A stretch of 64,000 bases of DNA, taken from assembly GCF_032444005.1 (NCBI RefSeq), contig NC_091283.1, positions 384,772,001 to 384,836,000 of the forward strand, given 5' to 3'. Below, piece by piece: positions 12,836 through 27,000 of the stretch. A model generated the notes under the pieces. The model had not been told where the DNA came from. It did no database searches and was given only the letters and a program-made list of their open reading frames with translations. The stretch is from Ranitomeya imitator. Its lineage: Eukaryota. Within the stretch, counting starts at the first letter, position 1, and the number at the start of each line of letters is the position of its first letter. The position numbers and the translations under genes were made by a program.

Positions 12836-12960
12836 TTATAAAAAGGGGGCAAAACTTACATTTTCATTCAATCCATCTGGAGACAGTATTCAACGTCCAG
12901 ATCCATTTGGTCTCCATTTCTGCCAAAGTTGTAATCATTTTCCCTCCTCTCTCATGGTCC
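12836..12960 (-). pseudogene. C-terminal tail of a Penelope GIY-YIG ORF (start of the upstream pLTR copy)
   Basis: ERGGKMITTLAEMETKWIWTLNTV-(frameshift)-PDGLNENVSFAPFL*, matching the E.KWI..L.T..P.GLN C-terminus of PLE ORFs. Confidence 0.72.
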
Positions 12961-13373
12961 ACTAGTCATAGAGGCCCCTGATCATGTGACCCCTGACTCC
13001 TCCCCTCCTGTGACCTCATCACAGGTCCTGTGCGCACAGAACAGCCATATATGTGGTGTGCGGCTCTGCAGGTGGAGGTAGGTGCTGGAGATTCCCCATT
13101 ACTGGGCGCAGGGGACATTAACCCCCTCAGTGCTGAGCCGGTGATAAATCCCTGTATGTGACTATAATTGGACTGTGTGTTACACCGGGGGCAGGATGGG
13201 GCCATGACTGGATGTAGTGATCATGTGACGCCGGTAACCGCTCCGGAGATTTCTTACATGGGATCTTTATGGTGTTACATCGTCATCTTCTCCCCATTCA
13301 GGTCCCTACAATATCGGATCCTCTCAGCGGAGATCTTCTATATAAGAGAATTCTCCTGAGTGACCCTACAAGG

Positions 13374-14146
13374 ATGGATAGGGACAGGGACAAGATGGCG
13401 GAGAGGATATTACACCTCACCCTAGAGATCCTCTTCCGGCTTACTGGAGAGGTGAGAGATTCTGATGACGTCACATTACATCATTCTTATCTATGGGAAT
13501 AACATGGACAGAACTGGAGAGGTGAGGACTCTGGAAATGTCTGTAGTGAGATTTATTAATGTGTCTCTCCATAACCAGGATTACACAGTAGTGAAGAAGA
13601 CCTCTAGTGAGCGCTGTCAGGACCCTGTGTCTGAGGGATGGGGAAGACCCCTGAGCCCAATCACCGGGCCTCCACCTCACCCCCTGATACATGAGGACAT
13701 CAATGACCAGAAGATCCTAGAACTCACCTACAAGATGATTGAGCTGCTGACTGGAGAGGTGACACTGCTGGGAATGCTGGGACATTATACAGTAACACTA
13801 TGGAGGGATCGGGGGGGATGACGGTATCATTGTATGTGTCAGGTTCCTATAAGGTGTCAGGATGTCGCCGTCTATTACTCCATGGAGGAGTGGGAGTATT
13901 TAGAAGGACACAGAGATCTGTACAAGGACGTCATGATGGAGGTTCCCCAGCCCCTCACATCACCAGGTAATAGACGGGACTACATGCACAGGCCTATAAT
14001 TATCTGTATGTAAAGAATGAATTCAGTCCCTGTATGTGTTTCCTCCAGTTCTATCCAGTGAGAGGACAACACCAGAGAGATGTCCCCGTCCTCTTCTTCC
14101 ACAGGACTGTAAACAAGAAGATCTCGATGTTCCTCAGGATCATCAG
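13374..14146 (+). CDS. Frog KRAB/FAX-type zinc-finger gene (oocyte/gastrula zinc finger XlCOF/XlCGF-like), 5' coding exons only: 13374-13451, 13579-13758, 13843-13966, 14049-14146
   Basis: All GT-AG and in frame: [26 protein letters not shown] | [10 protein letters not shown]...[16 protein letters not shown] | [41 protein letters not shown] (KRAB-A-like) | [33 protein letters not shown]. Probable non-coding exon ends at 13077. Confidence 0.85.
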
Positions 14147-14306
14147 GTAGATGGAGAGAAGGTGTCATGAGATCTCCCCTATGATGTGTATAAGGTTGTG
14201 AAGGTCTTGTGTTCAGTCTTGTTTTATCCCCCAGTATTATACACTGAACTGCCAATTTATTAGAAACACTGACACTTTCTTCATTGAAACTTCCCTGTAT
14301 AGAGAA

Positions 14307-17300
14307 TGCTAATAACTAATAATAATAATTTTTATTTATATAGCGCCAACATATCCGCAGCACTCTATATCATAGAGGGGAATTGTACAGACAATAGACA
14401 TTACAGCATAAAAATAAACACAAATCAAACAGATACCAAGAGGAATGAGGGCCCTGCTCGCAAGCTTACAATCTATGAGGAAAAGGGGAGACACCAGAGG
14501 TGGATGGTAACAGAACATGATGCAAGGAACCGGATTATGGTTTGTTTTTTAAATGAGCCACACAGGGATAGTTAGGTTAATGCGTGGAGACGGTAGGCCA
14601 GCCTGAACAAATTTGTTTTTAGGGCACGCTTAAAACTGTGAGGAATAATCGTATTAACCTGGGTAGTGCATTCCAAAGAATTGACGCAGCACGTGAAAAG
14701 TCTTGGAGACGGGAGTGGGAGGTTCTAATTATTGAGGATGCTAACCTCAAGTCATTAGCAGATGGAAGAGCATGGGTAGGGTGGTAGGCTGAGACCAGGT
14801 AGGTGATGTAGGGTGGTTCTGAGCCATGGAGCGCTTTGTGGATGAGGGTAATAAGTTTGTACTGGGTTCTGGACTGGATGGGTAACAGTAAGAGTTTTTG
14901 CAGAGTCGAAAGTAAGAAAAGGTTGAATTCTAGAAATGTTTTTGAGATGCAGAAAACAAGAGCGAGCCAGTGATCGGATGTAGGGGGTGAATGAAAGCTC
15001 GGAATCAAGTATGACCCGAAAGCTGCGGGCATGTTGCTTGGGAGTGATAGTGGAACCACACACGGAGAAGGCAATGTCAGGCAAAGGTAGGTTAGTAGAT
15101 GGAGAGAACACGAGGAGTTCAGTTTTTGACAGGTTCAGTTTCAAATAGAGGGAGGACATGATGTTAGATACAGCGGTAAGACAATCACTGGTGTTTTCTA
15201 AAAAGGCAGGCGTGATATCAGGAGCAGAAGTGTATAATTGGGTGTCATCAGCATAGAGATGGTACTGGAACCCAAATCGACTGATTGTTTGCCCAATAGG
15301 GGCAGTATACAAAGAGAAGAGGAGGGGGCCTAGGACTGATCCTTGAGGAACCCCAACAGTAAGGGGAAGGTGAGAGGAGAAACACGGTGACTCAGTGGAT
15401 AGCACTGCAGCGCTGGAGTCCTGGGTTCAAATCCCACCAAGGACAACATCTGCAAGGAGTTTATATGTTCTTCCCGTGTTTGCGTGGGTTTCCTCAGGGC
15501 ACTCCCGTTACCTCCCACATTCCAAAGACATACTGAGAGGGAATATAGATTGTGAGCCCCATCAGGGAAAGCAATGATAATATCTGCAAACTGTAATGCG
15601 CTCTGGAATATGTTAGCGCTTTATAAAAATAAAGATTATTATTGTTAACTAGCAAAAGATACAATGAAGGAGCGGTCAGAGAGATAGGAGGAGAACCAGG
15701 AGAGAACGGTGTCCTCATGGCTGATGGAGCAGAGCATAGTGAGGAGGAGCTGATGATCCTGAAAAGTTCAAAGAGATGAACGAAACCAGGACTCAACAAT
15801 GCAGTATTGGGAGCGCTGAATCAAATACACCTCTTTAGACCCTCAGCGTGCGATATCCATGCAGTACTGGAGCGTGGTGCTCAGCATCAATAGCCATAAC
15901 AGCACAATAAAACTTTGCTCAAGAAAGTAGAAAAATGCGGCACTCACCCAGGTTGCGAAGTGAATATCTTTAATCTGTCTTTAATCACATGGACTTTGCA
16001 TAAAAGACAAGCGGAGACGACGTGGGTGCGGGGAGAGTGAGCTGGAGCTTTTGATCCACAGTGTTGAATGCTGCGCAGAGAGCCAAGATAATTAGCATGG
16101 AGTAGTGACCATTAGATTTAGCTGTTAGTAAATCATTAGAGACTTTAGTGAGGGCAGTTTCAGTAGAGTTTAAAGAGCGGAAACCAGATTGAAGATGGTC
16201 GAGAAGAGAGTTATCTGAGAGATATCGGATAAGACGGGAGTGGTCCAGACATTCGAGGAGTCTAGAGAGGAAGAGAAGATTAGACACAGTTTTATAGTTA
16301 GTGGCACAGTTTTGGTCAAGAGATGGTTTTTTAAGTAATGGATGTATGATGGCTTGCTTAAATGAGGAGGGAACGATACCAGAAGAGAGAGAAAGGTTGA
16401 ATATTTTTGTTAGGTGAGAGGTGACAGCCGGGGAAAGGGAGTGGAGGAGAAGTGACGGAATGGGGTCACTGGTGCAAGTGGTCGGGCGAGAAGATGTAAG
16501 GAGCCTGATTACTTCTTCTGTGACTGGTTCAAAGTCAGAGAATGAGCTAGATGCAGTGGGGGAGGGAGGACAGTGCATGATATGATGAGATTGGGAGATA
16601 ATTTCCTGTCAGATATTTTTTCTTTGAAGTATTTGGCCAGATCGTCAGCGAGGAGATCCGTGGTTGGGGCCTGCACTCTTGGTTTGAGTAGGGAATGAAA
16701 AGTGTCAAAGAGACGTTTAGCGTTATTGGACAGTGAGGTGATGAGGGTGTTAAAATAGGTTTGTTTGGAGAGGTGAAGGGCAAAGTTGTATGTTTTAAGC
16801 ATAAACTTATAATGGATGAAATCTTCGGTAGATTCGATTTTCTCCACAGGTGTTTGGCGCACCTGAAGCACCGCTGTAGGAAACGTGTTTGCAGGGTGTG
16901 CCACCTTTGTCGCCGTCTGTGTCGAGTTGTTCTATGTACAGGAGGTTCAATTTCATCCAGGGTTTCATTGTAATGCTTCAGTTCAGAGTCAGGACATGAG
17001 AGGGAGGAGATAGTGGCCAATGAGGACTTCAAGTTCTTCATAAGTTTCTGGGTGTTAATGGCCTGTATGTTTCTATAAATGTGGAAAGTGAGGGTGACCT
17101 GAGCGGGATGGCAGTTCTTGGAAGAGAATGAAAGAAGGTTGTGGTCAGAGAGGAGAGAGGGGAGTTTGTGAAATCACCCACTGAGCAAAGCCGGGAGAAG
17201 ACCAAGTCTAGGAAGTTTACGTCTTCATGAGTTGAAGAGTTAGTATGCTGCGAGAGGCCGAAAGAGGAGGTTAGAGATAAAAGGTGAGAAGTAGATGGGG

Positions 17301-18045
17301 AGAGGGGGAAAGCAATGGGGATGTTGAAATCACCCATGATGAGGGTGGGAATGTCACAGGAGGGAAAGTGCGGAAGCTAGGTGGCAAAGTGATCCAGGAT
17401 CTGATTGGAGGGGCCCAAAGGACGACACACCACGGCCACTCGCATGGAGAAGGGGATGTAGAGTCTGATCGCATGGACCTCAGAAGAAGGGAAGACAAGT
17501 GAGGGTACTTGGGGGATAACCTGAAAAGTACATTTGGGTTATAGGAGCAGACCAATGCCTCCACCTGCTCTGTTGTCCGATCTTGGGGTATGAGAAAAGT
17601 GTAGTCCACCATATGAAAGAGCAGCAGCGGTGGTGTCTGACTGCTGGATCCAGGTTTCAGTAAGAGCTAGAAGGTTAAGAGAATCAGAAAGGAAGAAGTC
17701 ATGTATGAAGGAGAGTTTATTACACACTGAGCGAGAATTCCAAAGGGCACAATTGAAAGAGACCAAAGGCATGCATGGAATATTAATAAGGTTAGAGGGG
17801 TTTCTGAATGTAGCAGTTGGGAGGTTTGACTTGCTATAACATGGGGGACCGGGGTTGGGAGAGATGTCTCCTGTGACTAGGAGAAGCAGGATAGAAAGAG
17901 TGAGCAGATGGTTAAGTGATTTGTGAGAGCGTCTCGTGTGTTGGATGGTGGGACTGAGTGGATCTGCGCTGTTTAGCAATGTGAACAGAGAGTGAGTGCT
18001 ATACATAGGAGAGGAAAGGACAGAGGGGCCGATATTATTGGAGTG
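14307..18045 (-). mobile_element. L2-clade LINE with degenerate ORF2 (2A-like motif, APE endonuclease, RT)
   Basis: (ATT)n tail at ~14307-14335; [66 protein letters not shown]. Many frameshifts; ~15385-16040 is replaced by other repeats. Confidence 0.9.
15383..15647 (+). mobile_element. tRNA-derived SINE (V-SINE-like) with an L2-type tail
   Basis: Box-A-like ggtgactcagtggatagc, box-B-like gggttcaaatccc, central cccgtgtttgcgtgggtttcctc...ctcccacattccaaagacat, tail ending aataaagattattatt. Confidence 0.72.
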
Positions 18046-21000
18046 GAGAGAAGTTGTACCATTAGAATATATTGCAGGAGATGAGACAGCAATCAGAGGT
18101 GGGAAGTTGTACCATTAGAATATATTGCAGGAGATGAGACAGCAATCAGAGGTGGGAAGTTGTACCATTAGAATATATTACAGGAGATGAGACAGCAATC
18201 AGAGGTGGGAAGTTGTACCATTAGAATATATTGCAGGAGATGAGACAACAATCAGAGGTGGGAAGTTGTATCATTAGAATATATTGCAGGAGATGAGACA
18301 GCAATCAGAGGTGGGAAGTTGTACCATTAGAATATATTGCAGGAGATGAGACAGCAATCAGAGGTGGGAAGTTGTACCATTAGAATATATTACAGGGGAT
18401 GAGACAGCAATCAGAGGTGGGAAGTTGTACCACTAGAATATATTGCAGGGGATGAGACAGCAATCAGAGGTGAGAAGTTGTACCATTAGAATATATTGCA
18501 GGAGATGAGACAGCAATCAGAGGTGGGAAGTTGTACCATTAGAATATATTGCAGGAGATGAGACATCAATCAGAGGTGGGAAGTTGTACCATTAGAATAT
18601 ATTGCAGGAGATGAGACAGCAATCAGAGGTGGGAAGTTGTACCATTAGAATATATTGCAGGAGATGAGACAACAATCAGAGGTGGGAAGTTGTACCATTA
18701 GAATATATTGCAGGAGATGAGACAACAATCAGAGGTGGGAAGTTGTACCATTAGAATATATTGCAGGAGATGAGACAGCAATCAGAGGTGGGAAGTTGTA
18801 CCATTAGAATATATTGCAGGAGATGAGACATCAATCAGAGGTGGGAAGTTGTACCATTAGAATATATTGCAGGAGATGAGACAGCAATCAGAGGTGAGAA
18901 GTTGTACCATTAGAATATATTGCAGGAGATGAGACAACAATCAGAGGTGAGATGTTGTACCATTAGAATATATTACAGGAGATGAGACAGTAATCAGAGG
19001 TGAGAAGTTGTACCATTAGAATATATTGCAGGAGATGAGACAGCAATCAGAGGTGGGAAGTTGTACCATTAGAATATATTGCAGGAGATGAGACATCAAT
19101 CAGAGGTGAGAAGTTGTACCATTAGAATATATTGCAGGAGATGAGACATCAATCAGAGGTGGGAAGTTGTACCATTAGAATATATTGCAGGAGATGAGAC
19201 AACAATCAGAGGTGGGAAGTTGTACCATTAGAACATATTGCAGGAGATGAGACAGCAATCAGAGGTGGGAAGTTGTACCATTAGAATATATTGCAGGAGA
19301 TGAGACATCAATCAGAGGTGAGAAGTTGTACCATTAGAATATATTGCAGGAGATGACACATCAATCAGAGGTGAGAAGTTGTACCATTAGAATATATTAC
19401 AGGAGATGAGACAGCAATCAGAGGTGGGAAGTTGTACCATTAGAATATATTGCAGGAGATGAGACATCAATCAGAGGTGGGAAGTTGCATCATTAGAATA
19501 TATTGCAGGAGATGAGACAGCAATCAGAGGTGGGAAATTGTACCATTAGAATATATTGCAGGAGATGAGACATCAATCAGAGGTGGGAAGTTGTACCATT
19601 AGAATATATTGCAGGAGATGAGACAGCAATCAGAGGTGGGAAGTTGTACCATTAGAATATATTGCAGGAGATGAGACAGCAATCAGAGGTGAGAAGTTGT
19701 ACCATTAGAATATATTGCAGGAGATGAGACAGCAATCAGAGGTGAGAAGTTGTACCATTAGAATATATTGCAGGAGATGAGACAGCAATCAGAGGTGGGA
19801 AGTTGTACCATTAGAATATATTGCAAGTGAGGAGACAGCAATCAGAGGTGGGAAGTTGTACCATTAGAATATATTGCAGGTGAGGAGACAGCAATCAGAG
19901 GTGGGAAGTTGTACCATTAGAATATATTGCAGGAGATGAGACAGCAATCAGAGGTGGGAAGTTGTACCATTAGAATATATTGCAGGAGATGAGACAGCAA
20001 TCAGAGGTGAGAAGTTGTACCATTAGAATATATTGCAGGAGATGAGACATCAATCAGAGGTGAGAAGTTGTACCATTAGAATATATTGCAGGAGATGAGA
20101 CAACAATCAGAGGTGGGAAGTTGTATCATTAGAATATATTGCAGGAGATGAGACATCAATCAGAGGTGAGAAGTTGTACCATTAGAATATATTGCAGGAG
20201 ATGAGACAGCAATCAGAGGTGAGAAGTTGTACCATTAGAATATATTGCAGGAGATGAGACAGCAATCAGAGGTGAGAAGTTGTACCATTAGAATATATTG
20301 CAGGAGATGAGACATCAATCAGAGGTGAGAAGTTGTACCATTAGAATATATTGCAGGAGATGAGACATCAATCAGAGGTGAGAAGTTGTGCCATTAGAAT
20401 ATATTGCAGGAGATGAGACATCAATCAGAGGTGGGAAGTTGTGCCATTAGAATATATTGCAGGAGATGAGACAACAATCAGAGGTGGGAAGTTGTATCAT
20501 TAGAATATATTGCAGGAGACGAGACATCAATCAGAGGTGAGAAGTTGTACCATTAGAATATATTGCAGGAGATGAGACAACAATCAGAGGTGGGAAGTTG
20601 TATCATTAGAATATATTGCAGGAGATGAGACATCAATCAGAGGTGAGAAGTTGTACCATTAGAATATATTGCAGGAGATGAGACAGCAATCAGAGGTGGG
20701 AAGTTGTACCATTAGAATATATTGCAGGAGATGAGACAGCAATCAGAGGTGGGAAGTTGTACCATTAGAATATATTGCAGGAGATGAGACAGCAATCAGA
20801 GGTGGGAAGTTGTACCATTAGAATATATTGCAGGAGATGAGAAAGCAATCAGAGGTGGGAAGTTGTACCATTAGAATATATTGCAGGGGATGAGACAGCA
20901 ATCAGAGGTGGGAAGTTGTACCATTAGAATATATTGCAGGAGATGAGAAAGCAATCAGAGGTGGGAAGTTGTACCATTAGAATATATTGCAGGAGATGAG

Positions 21001-24000
21001 ACATCAATCAGAGGTGGGAAGTTGTACCATTAGAATATATTGCAGGGGATGAGACAGCAATCAGAGGTGGGAAGTTGTACCATTAGAATATATTGCAGGA
21101 GATGAGACAGCAATCAGAGGTGGGAAGTTGTACCATTAGAATATATTGCAGGAGATGAGACAGCAATCAGAGGTGAGAAGTTGTACCATTAGAATATATT
21201 GCAGGAGATGAGACATCAATCAGAGGTGAGAAGTTGTACCATTAGAATATATTGCAGGAGATGAGACAGCAATCAGAGGTGGGAAGTTGTACCATTAGAA
21301 TATATTGCAGGAGATGAGAAAGCAATCAGAGGTGGGAAGTTGTACCATTAGAATATATTGCAGGAGATGAGACAACAATCAGAGGTGAGAAGTTGTACCA
21401 TTAGAATATATTGCAGGAGATGAGACAGCAATCAGAGGTGAGAAGTTGTACCATTAGAATATATTGCAGGAGATGAGACATCAATCAGAGGTGGGAAGTT
21501 GTACCATTAGAATATATTGCAGGAGATGAGACAGCAATCAGAGGTGGGAAGTTGTACCATTAGAATATATTGCAGGGGATGAGACAGCAATCAGAGGTGG
21601 GAAGTTGTACCATTAGAATATATTGCAGGAGATGAGACAGCAATCAGAGGTGAGAAGTTGTACCATTAGAATATATTGCAGGAGATGAGACATCAATCAG
21701 AGGTGAGAAGTTGTACCATTAGAATATATTGCAGGAGATGAGACAGCAATCAGAGGTGGGAAGTTGTACCATTAGAATATATTGCAGGAGATGAGAAAGC
21801 AATCAGAGGTGGGAAGTTGTACCATTAGAATATATTGCAGGAGATGAGACAACAATCAGAGGTGAGAAGTTGTACCATTAGAATATATTGCAGGAGATGA
21901 GACAGCAATCAGAGGTGAGAAGTTGTACCATTAGAATATATTGCAGGAGATGAGACATCAATCAGAGGTGGGAAGTTGTACCATTAGAATATATTGCAGG
22001 AGATGAGACAGCAATCAGAGGTGGGAAGTTGTACCATTAGAATATATTGCAGGGGATGAGACAGCAATCAGAGGTGGGAAGTTGTACCATTAGAATATAT
22101 TGCAGGAGATGAGACAACAATCAGAGGTGGGAAGTTGTACCATTAGAATATATTGCAGGAGATGAGACAGCAATCAGAGGTGGGAAGTTGTACCATTAGA
22201 ATATATTGCAGGAGATGAGACAGCAATCAGAGGTGAGAAGTTGTACCATTAGAATATATTGCAGGAGATGAGACAGCAATCAGAGGTGGGAAGTTGTACC
22301 ATTAGAATATATTGCAGGAGATGAGACAGCAATCAGAGGTGGGAAGTTGTACCATTAGAATATATTGCAGGAGATGAGACAGCAATCAGAGGTGAGAAGT
22401 TGTACCATTAGAATATATTGCAGGAGATGAGACAGCAATCAGAGGTGGGAAGTTGTACCATTAGAATATATTGCAGGAGATGAGACAGCAATCAGAGGTG
22501 GGAAGTTGTACCATTAGAATATATTGCAGGAGATGAGACAGCAATCAGAGGTGGGAAGTTGTACCATTAGAATATATTGCAGGAGATGAGACATCAATCA
22601 GAGGTGGGAAGTTGTACCATTAGAATATATTGCAGGAGATGAGACAGCAATCAGAGGTGGGAAGTTGTACCATTAGAATATATTGCAGGGGATGAGACAG
22701 CAATCAGAGGTGGGAAGTTGTACCATTAGAATATATTGCAGGAGATGAGACAGCAATCAGAGGTGGGAAGTTGTACCATTAGAATATATTGCAGGAGATG
22801 AGACAGCAATCAGAGGTGGGAAGTTGTACCATTAGAATATATTGCAGGAGATGAGACAGCAATCAGAGGTGGGAAGTTGTACCATTAGAATATATTGCAG
22901 GAGATGAGACAGCAATCAGAGGTGGGAAGTTGTACCATTAGAATATATTACAGGAGATGAGACATCAATCAGAGGTGGGAAGTTGTACCATTAGAATATA
23001 TTGCAGGAGATGAGACATCAATCAGAGGTGGGAAGTTGTACCATTAGAATATATTGCAGGAGATGAGACATCAATCAGAGGTGGGAAGTTGTACCATTAG
23101 AATATATTGCAGGAGATGAGACAGCAATCAGAGGTGGGAAGTTGTATCATTAGAATATATTGCAGGAGATGAGACATCAATCAGAGGTGGGAAGTTGTAT
23201 CATTAGAATATATTGCAGGAGATGAGACAGCAATCAGAGGTGGGAAGTTGTACCATTAGAATATATTGCAGGAGATGAGACAGCAATCAGAGGTGGGAAG
23301 TTGTACCATTAGAATATATTACAGGAGATGAGACAGCAATCAGAGGTGGGAAGTTGTACCATTAGAATATATTGCAGGAGATGAGACTACAATCAGAGGT
23401 GGGAAGTTGTACCATTAGAATATATTGCAGGAGATGAGACATCAATCAGAGGTGGGAAGTTGTACCATTAGAATATATTGCAGGAGATGAGACATCAATC
23501 AGAGGTGGGAAGTTGTACCATTAGAATATATTGCAGGAGATGAGACATCAATCAGAGGTGGGAAGTTGTACCATTAGAATATATTGCAGGAGATGAGACA
23601 GCAATCAGAGGTGGGAAGTTGTACCATTAGAATATATTGCAGGAGATGAGACATCAATCAGAGGTGGGAAGTTGTACCATTAGAATATATTGCAGGAGAT
23701 GAGACATCAATCAGAGGTGAGAAGTTGTACCATTAGAATATATTGCAGGGGATGAGACATCAATCAGAGGTGGGAAGTTGTACCATTAGAATATATTGCA
23801 GGAGATGAGACAGCAATCAGAGGTGGGAAGTTGTACCATTAGAATATATTGCAGGACATGAGACAGCAATCAGAGGTGGGAAGTTGTACCATTAGAATAT
23901 ATTGCAGGACATGAGACATCAATCAGAGGTGAGAAGTTGTACCATTAGAATATATTGCAGGAGATGAGACAGCAATCAGAGGTGAGAAGTTGTACCATTA

Positions 24001-27000
24001 GAATATATTGCTGGAGATGAGACAGCAATCAGAGGTGAGAAGTTGTACCATTAGAATATATTGCTGGAGATGAGACAACAATCAGAGGTGAGAAGTTGTA
24101 CCATTAGAATATATTGCAGGAGATGAGACAACAATCAGAGGTGGGAAGTTGTACCATTAGAATATATTGCAGGAGATGAGACATCAATCAGAGGTGGGAA
24201 GTTGTACCATTAGAATATATTGCAGGAGATGAGACAGCAATCAGAGGTGGGAAGTTGTACCATTAGAATATATTGCAGGAGATGAGACATCAATCAGAGG
24301 TGGGAAGTTGTACCATTAGAATATATTGCAGGGGATGAGACATCAATCAGAGGTGGGAAGTTGTACCATTAGAATATATTGCAGGAGATGAGACATCAAT
24401 CAGAGGTGGGAAGTTGTACCATTAGAATATATTGCAGGAGATGAGACAGCAATCAGAGGTGGGAAGTTGTACCATTAGAATATATTGCAGGAGATGAGAC
24501 AGCAATCAGAGGTGGGAAGTTGTATCATTAGAATATATTGCAGGAGATGAGACAGCAATCAGAGGTGGGATGTTGTACCATTAGAATATATTGCAGGAGA
24601 TGAGACAGCAATCAGAGGTGGGAAGTTGTACCATTAGAATATATTGCAGGAGATGAGACAGCAATCAGAGGTGGGAAGTTGTACCATTAGAATATATTGC
24701 AGGAGATGAGACAGCAATCAGAGGTGGGAAGTTGCACCATTAGAATATATTACAGGAGATGAAACAGCAATCAGAGGTGGGAAGTTGTACCATTAGAATA
24801 TATTGCAGGAGATGAGACAGCAATCAGGTGGGAAGTTATACCATTAGAATATATTACAGGAGATGAAACAGCAATCAGAGGTGGGAAGTTGTACCATTAG
24901 AATATATTACAGGAGATGAAACAGCAATCAGAGGTGGGAAGTTGTACCATTAGAATATATTGCAGGAGATGAGACAGCAATCAGAGGTGGGAAGTTGTAT
25001 CATTAGAATATATTGCAGGAGATGAGACAGCAATCAGAGGTGAGAAGTTGTACCATTAGAATATATTGCAGGAGATGAGACAGCAATCAGAGGTGGGAAG
25101 TTGTACCATTAGAATATATTGCAGGAGATGAGACAGCAATCAGAGGTGGGAAGTTGTACCATTAGAATATATTGCAGGAGATGAGACATCAATCAGAGGT
25201 GGGAAGTTGTACCATTAGAATATATTGCAGGAGATGAGACATCAATCAGAGGTGGGAAGTTGTACCATTAGAATATATTGCAGGAGATGAGACAGCAATC
25301 AGAGGTGGGAAGTTGTACCATTAGAATATATTGCAGGAGATGAGACATCAATCAGAGGTGGGAAGTTGTACCATTAGAATATATTGCAGGAGATGAGACA
25401 TCAATCAGAGGTGAGAAGTTGTACCATTAGAATATATTGCAGGGGATGAGACATCAATCAGAGGTGGGAAGTTGTACCATTAGAATATATTGCAGGAGAT
25501 GAGACAGCAATCAGAGGTGGGAAGTTGTACCATTAGAATATATTGCAGGACATGAGACAGCAATCAGAGGTGGGAAGTTGTACCATTAGAATATATTGCA
25601 GGACATGAGACATCAATCAGAGGTGAGAAGTTGTACCATTAGAATATATTGCAGGAGATGAGACAGCAATCAGAGGTGAGAAGTTGTACCATTAGAATAT
25701 ATTGCTGGAGATGAGACAGCAATCAGAGGTGAGAAGTTGTACCATTAGAATATATTGCTGGAGATGAGACAACAATCAGAGGTGAGAAGTTGTACCATTA
25801 GAATATATTGCAGGAGATGAGACAACAATCAGAGGTGGGAAGTTGTACCATTAGAATATATTGCAGGAGATGAGACATCAATCAGAGGTGGGAAGTTGTA
25901 CCATTAGAATATATTGCAGGAGATGAGACAGCAATCAGAGGTGGGAAGTTGTACCATTAGAATATATTGCAGGAGATGAGACATCAATCAGAGGTGGGAA
26001 GTTGTACCATTAGAATATATTGCAGGGGATGAGACATCAATCAGAGGTGGGAAGTTGTACCATTAGAATATATTGCAGGAGATGAGACATCAATCAGAGG
26101 TGGGAAGTTGTACCATTAGAATATATTGCAGGAGATGAGACAGCAATCAGAGGTGGGAAGTTGTACCATTAGAATATATTGCAGGAGATGAGACAGCAAT
26201 CAGAGGTGGGAAGTTGTATCATTAGAATATATTGCAGGAGATGAGACAGCAATCAGAGGTGGGATGTTGTACCATTAGAATATATTGCAGGAGATGAGAC
26301 AGCAATCAGAGGTGGGAAGTTGTACCATTAGAATATATTGCAGGAGATGAGACAGCAATCAGAGGTGGGAAGTTGTACCATTAGAATATATTGCAGGAGA
26401 TGAGACAGCAATCAGAGGTGGGAAGTTGCACCATTAGAATATATTACAGGAGATGAAACAGCAATCAGAGGTGGGAAGTTGTACCATTAGAATATATTGC
26501 AGGAGATGAGACAGCAATCAGGTGGGAAGTTATACCATTAGAATATATTACAGGAGATGAAACAGCAATCAGAGGTGGGAAGTTGTACCATTAGAATATA
26601 TTACAGGAGATGAAACAGCAATCAGAGGTGGGAAGTTGTACCATTAGAATATATTGCAGGAGATGAGACAGCAATCAGAGGTGGGAAGTTGTATCATTAG
26701 AATATATTGCAGGAGATGAGACAGCAATCAGAGGTGAGAAGTTGTACCATTAGAATATATTGCAGGAGATGAGACAGCAATCAGAGGTGGGAAGTTGTAC
26801 CATTAGAATATATTGCAGGAGATGAGACAGCAATCAGAGGTGGGAAGTTGTACCATTAGAATATATTGCAGGAGATGAGACAGCAATCAGAGGTGGGAAG
26901 TTGCACCATTAGAATATATTACAGGAGATAAAACAGCAATCAGAGGTGGGAAGTTGTACCATTAGAATATATTGCAGGAGATGAGACAGCAATCAGGTGG

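Larger units (their letters stand above)
4023..12960 (-). mobile_element. Penelope-like retroelement (partial-tandem pLTR plus ORF) fragmented by nested insertions
   Basis: RT ORF pieces at 4023-6701, start codon at 9213-9211, hammerhead at 11951-11990, and a copy of the ORF C-terminus at 12836-12960 upstream of the ORF (the typical PLE partial-tandem arrangement). Confidence 0.85.

Noticed and set aside
15383-15460. Possible tRNA gene
   Set aside because: The A and B boxes lead into a SINE body and L2-type tail; no complete cloverleaf.
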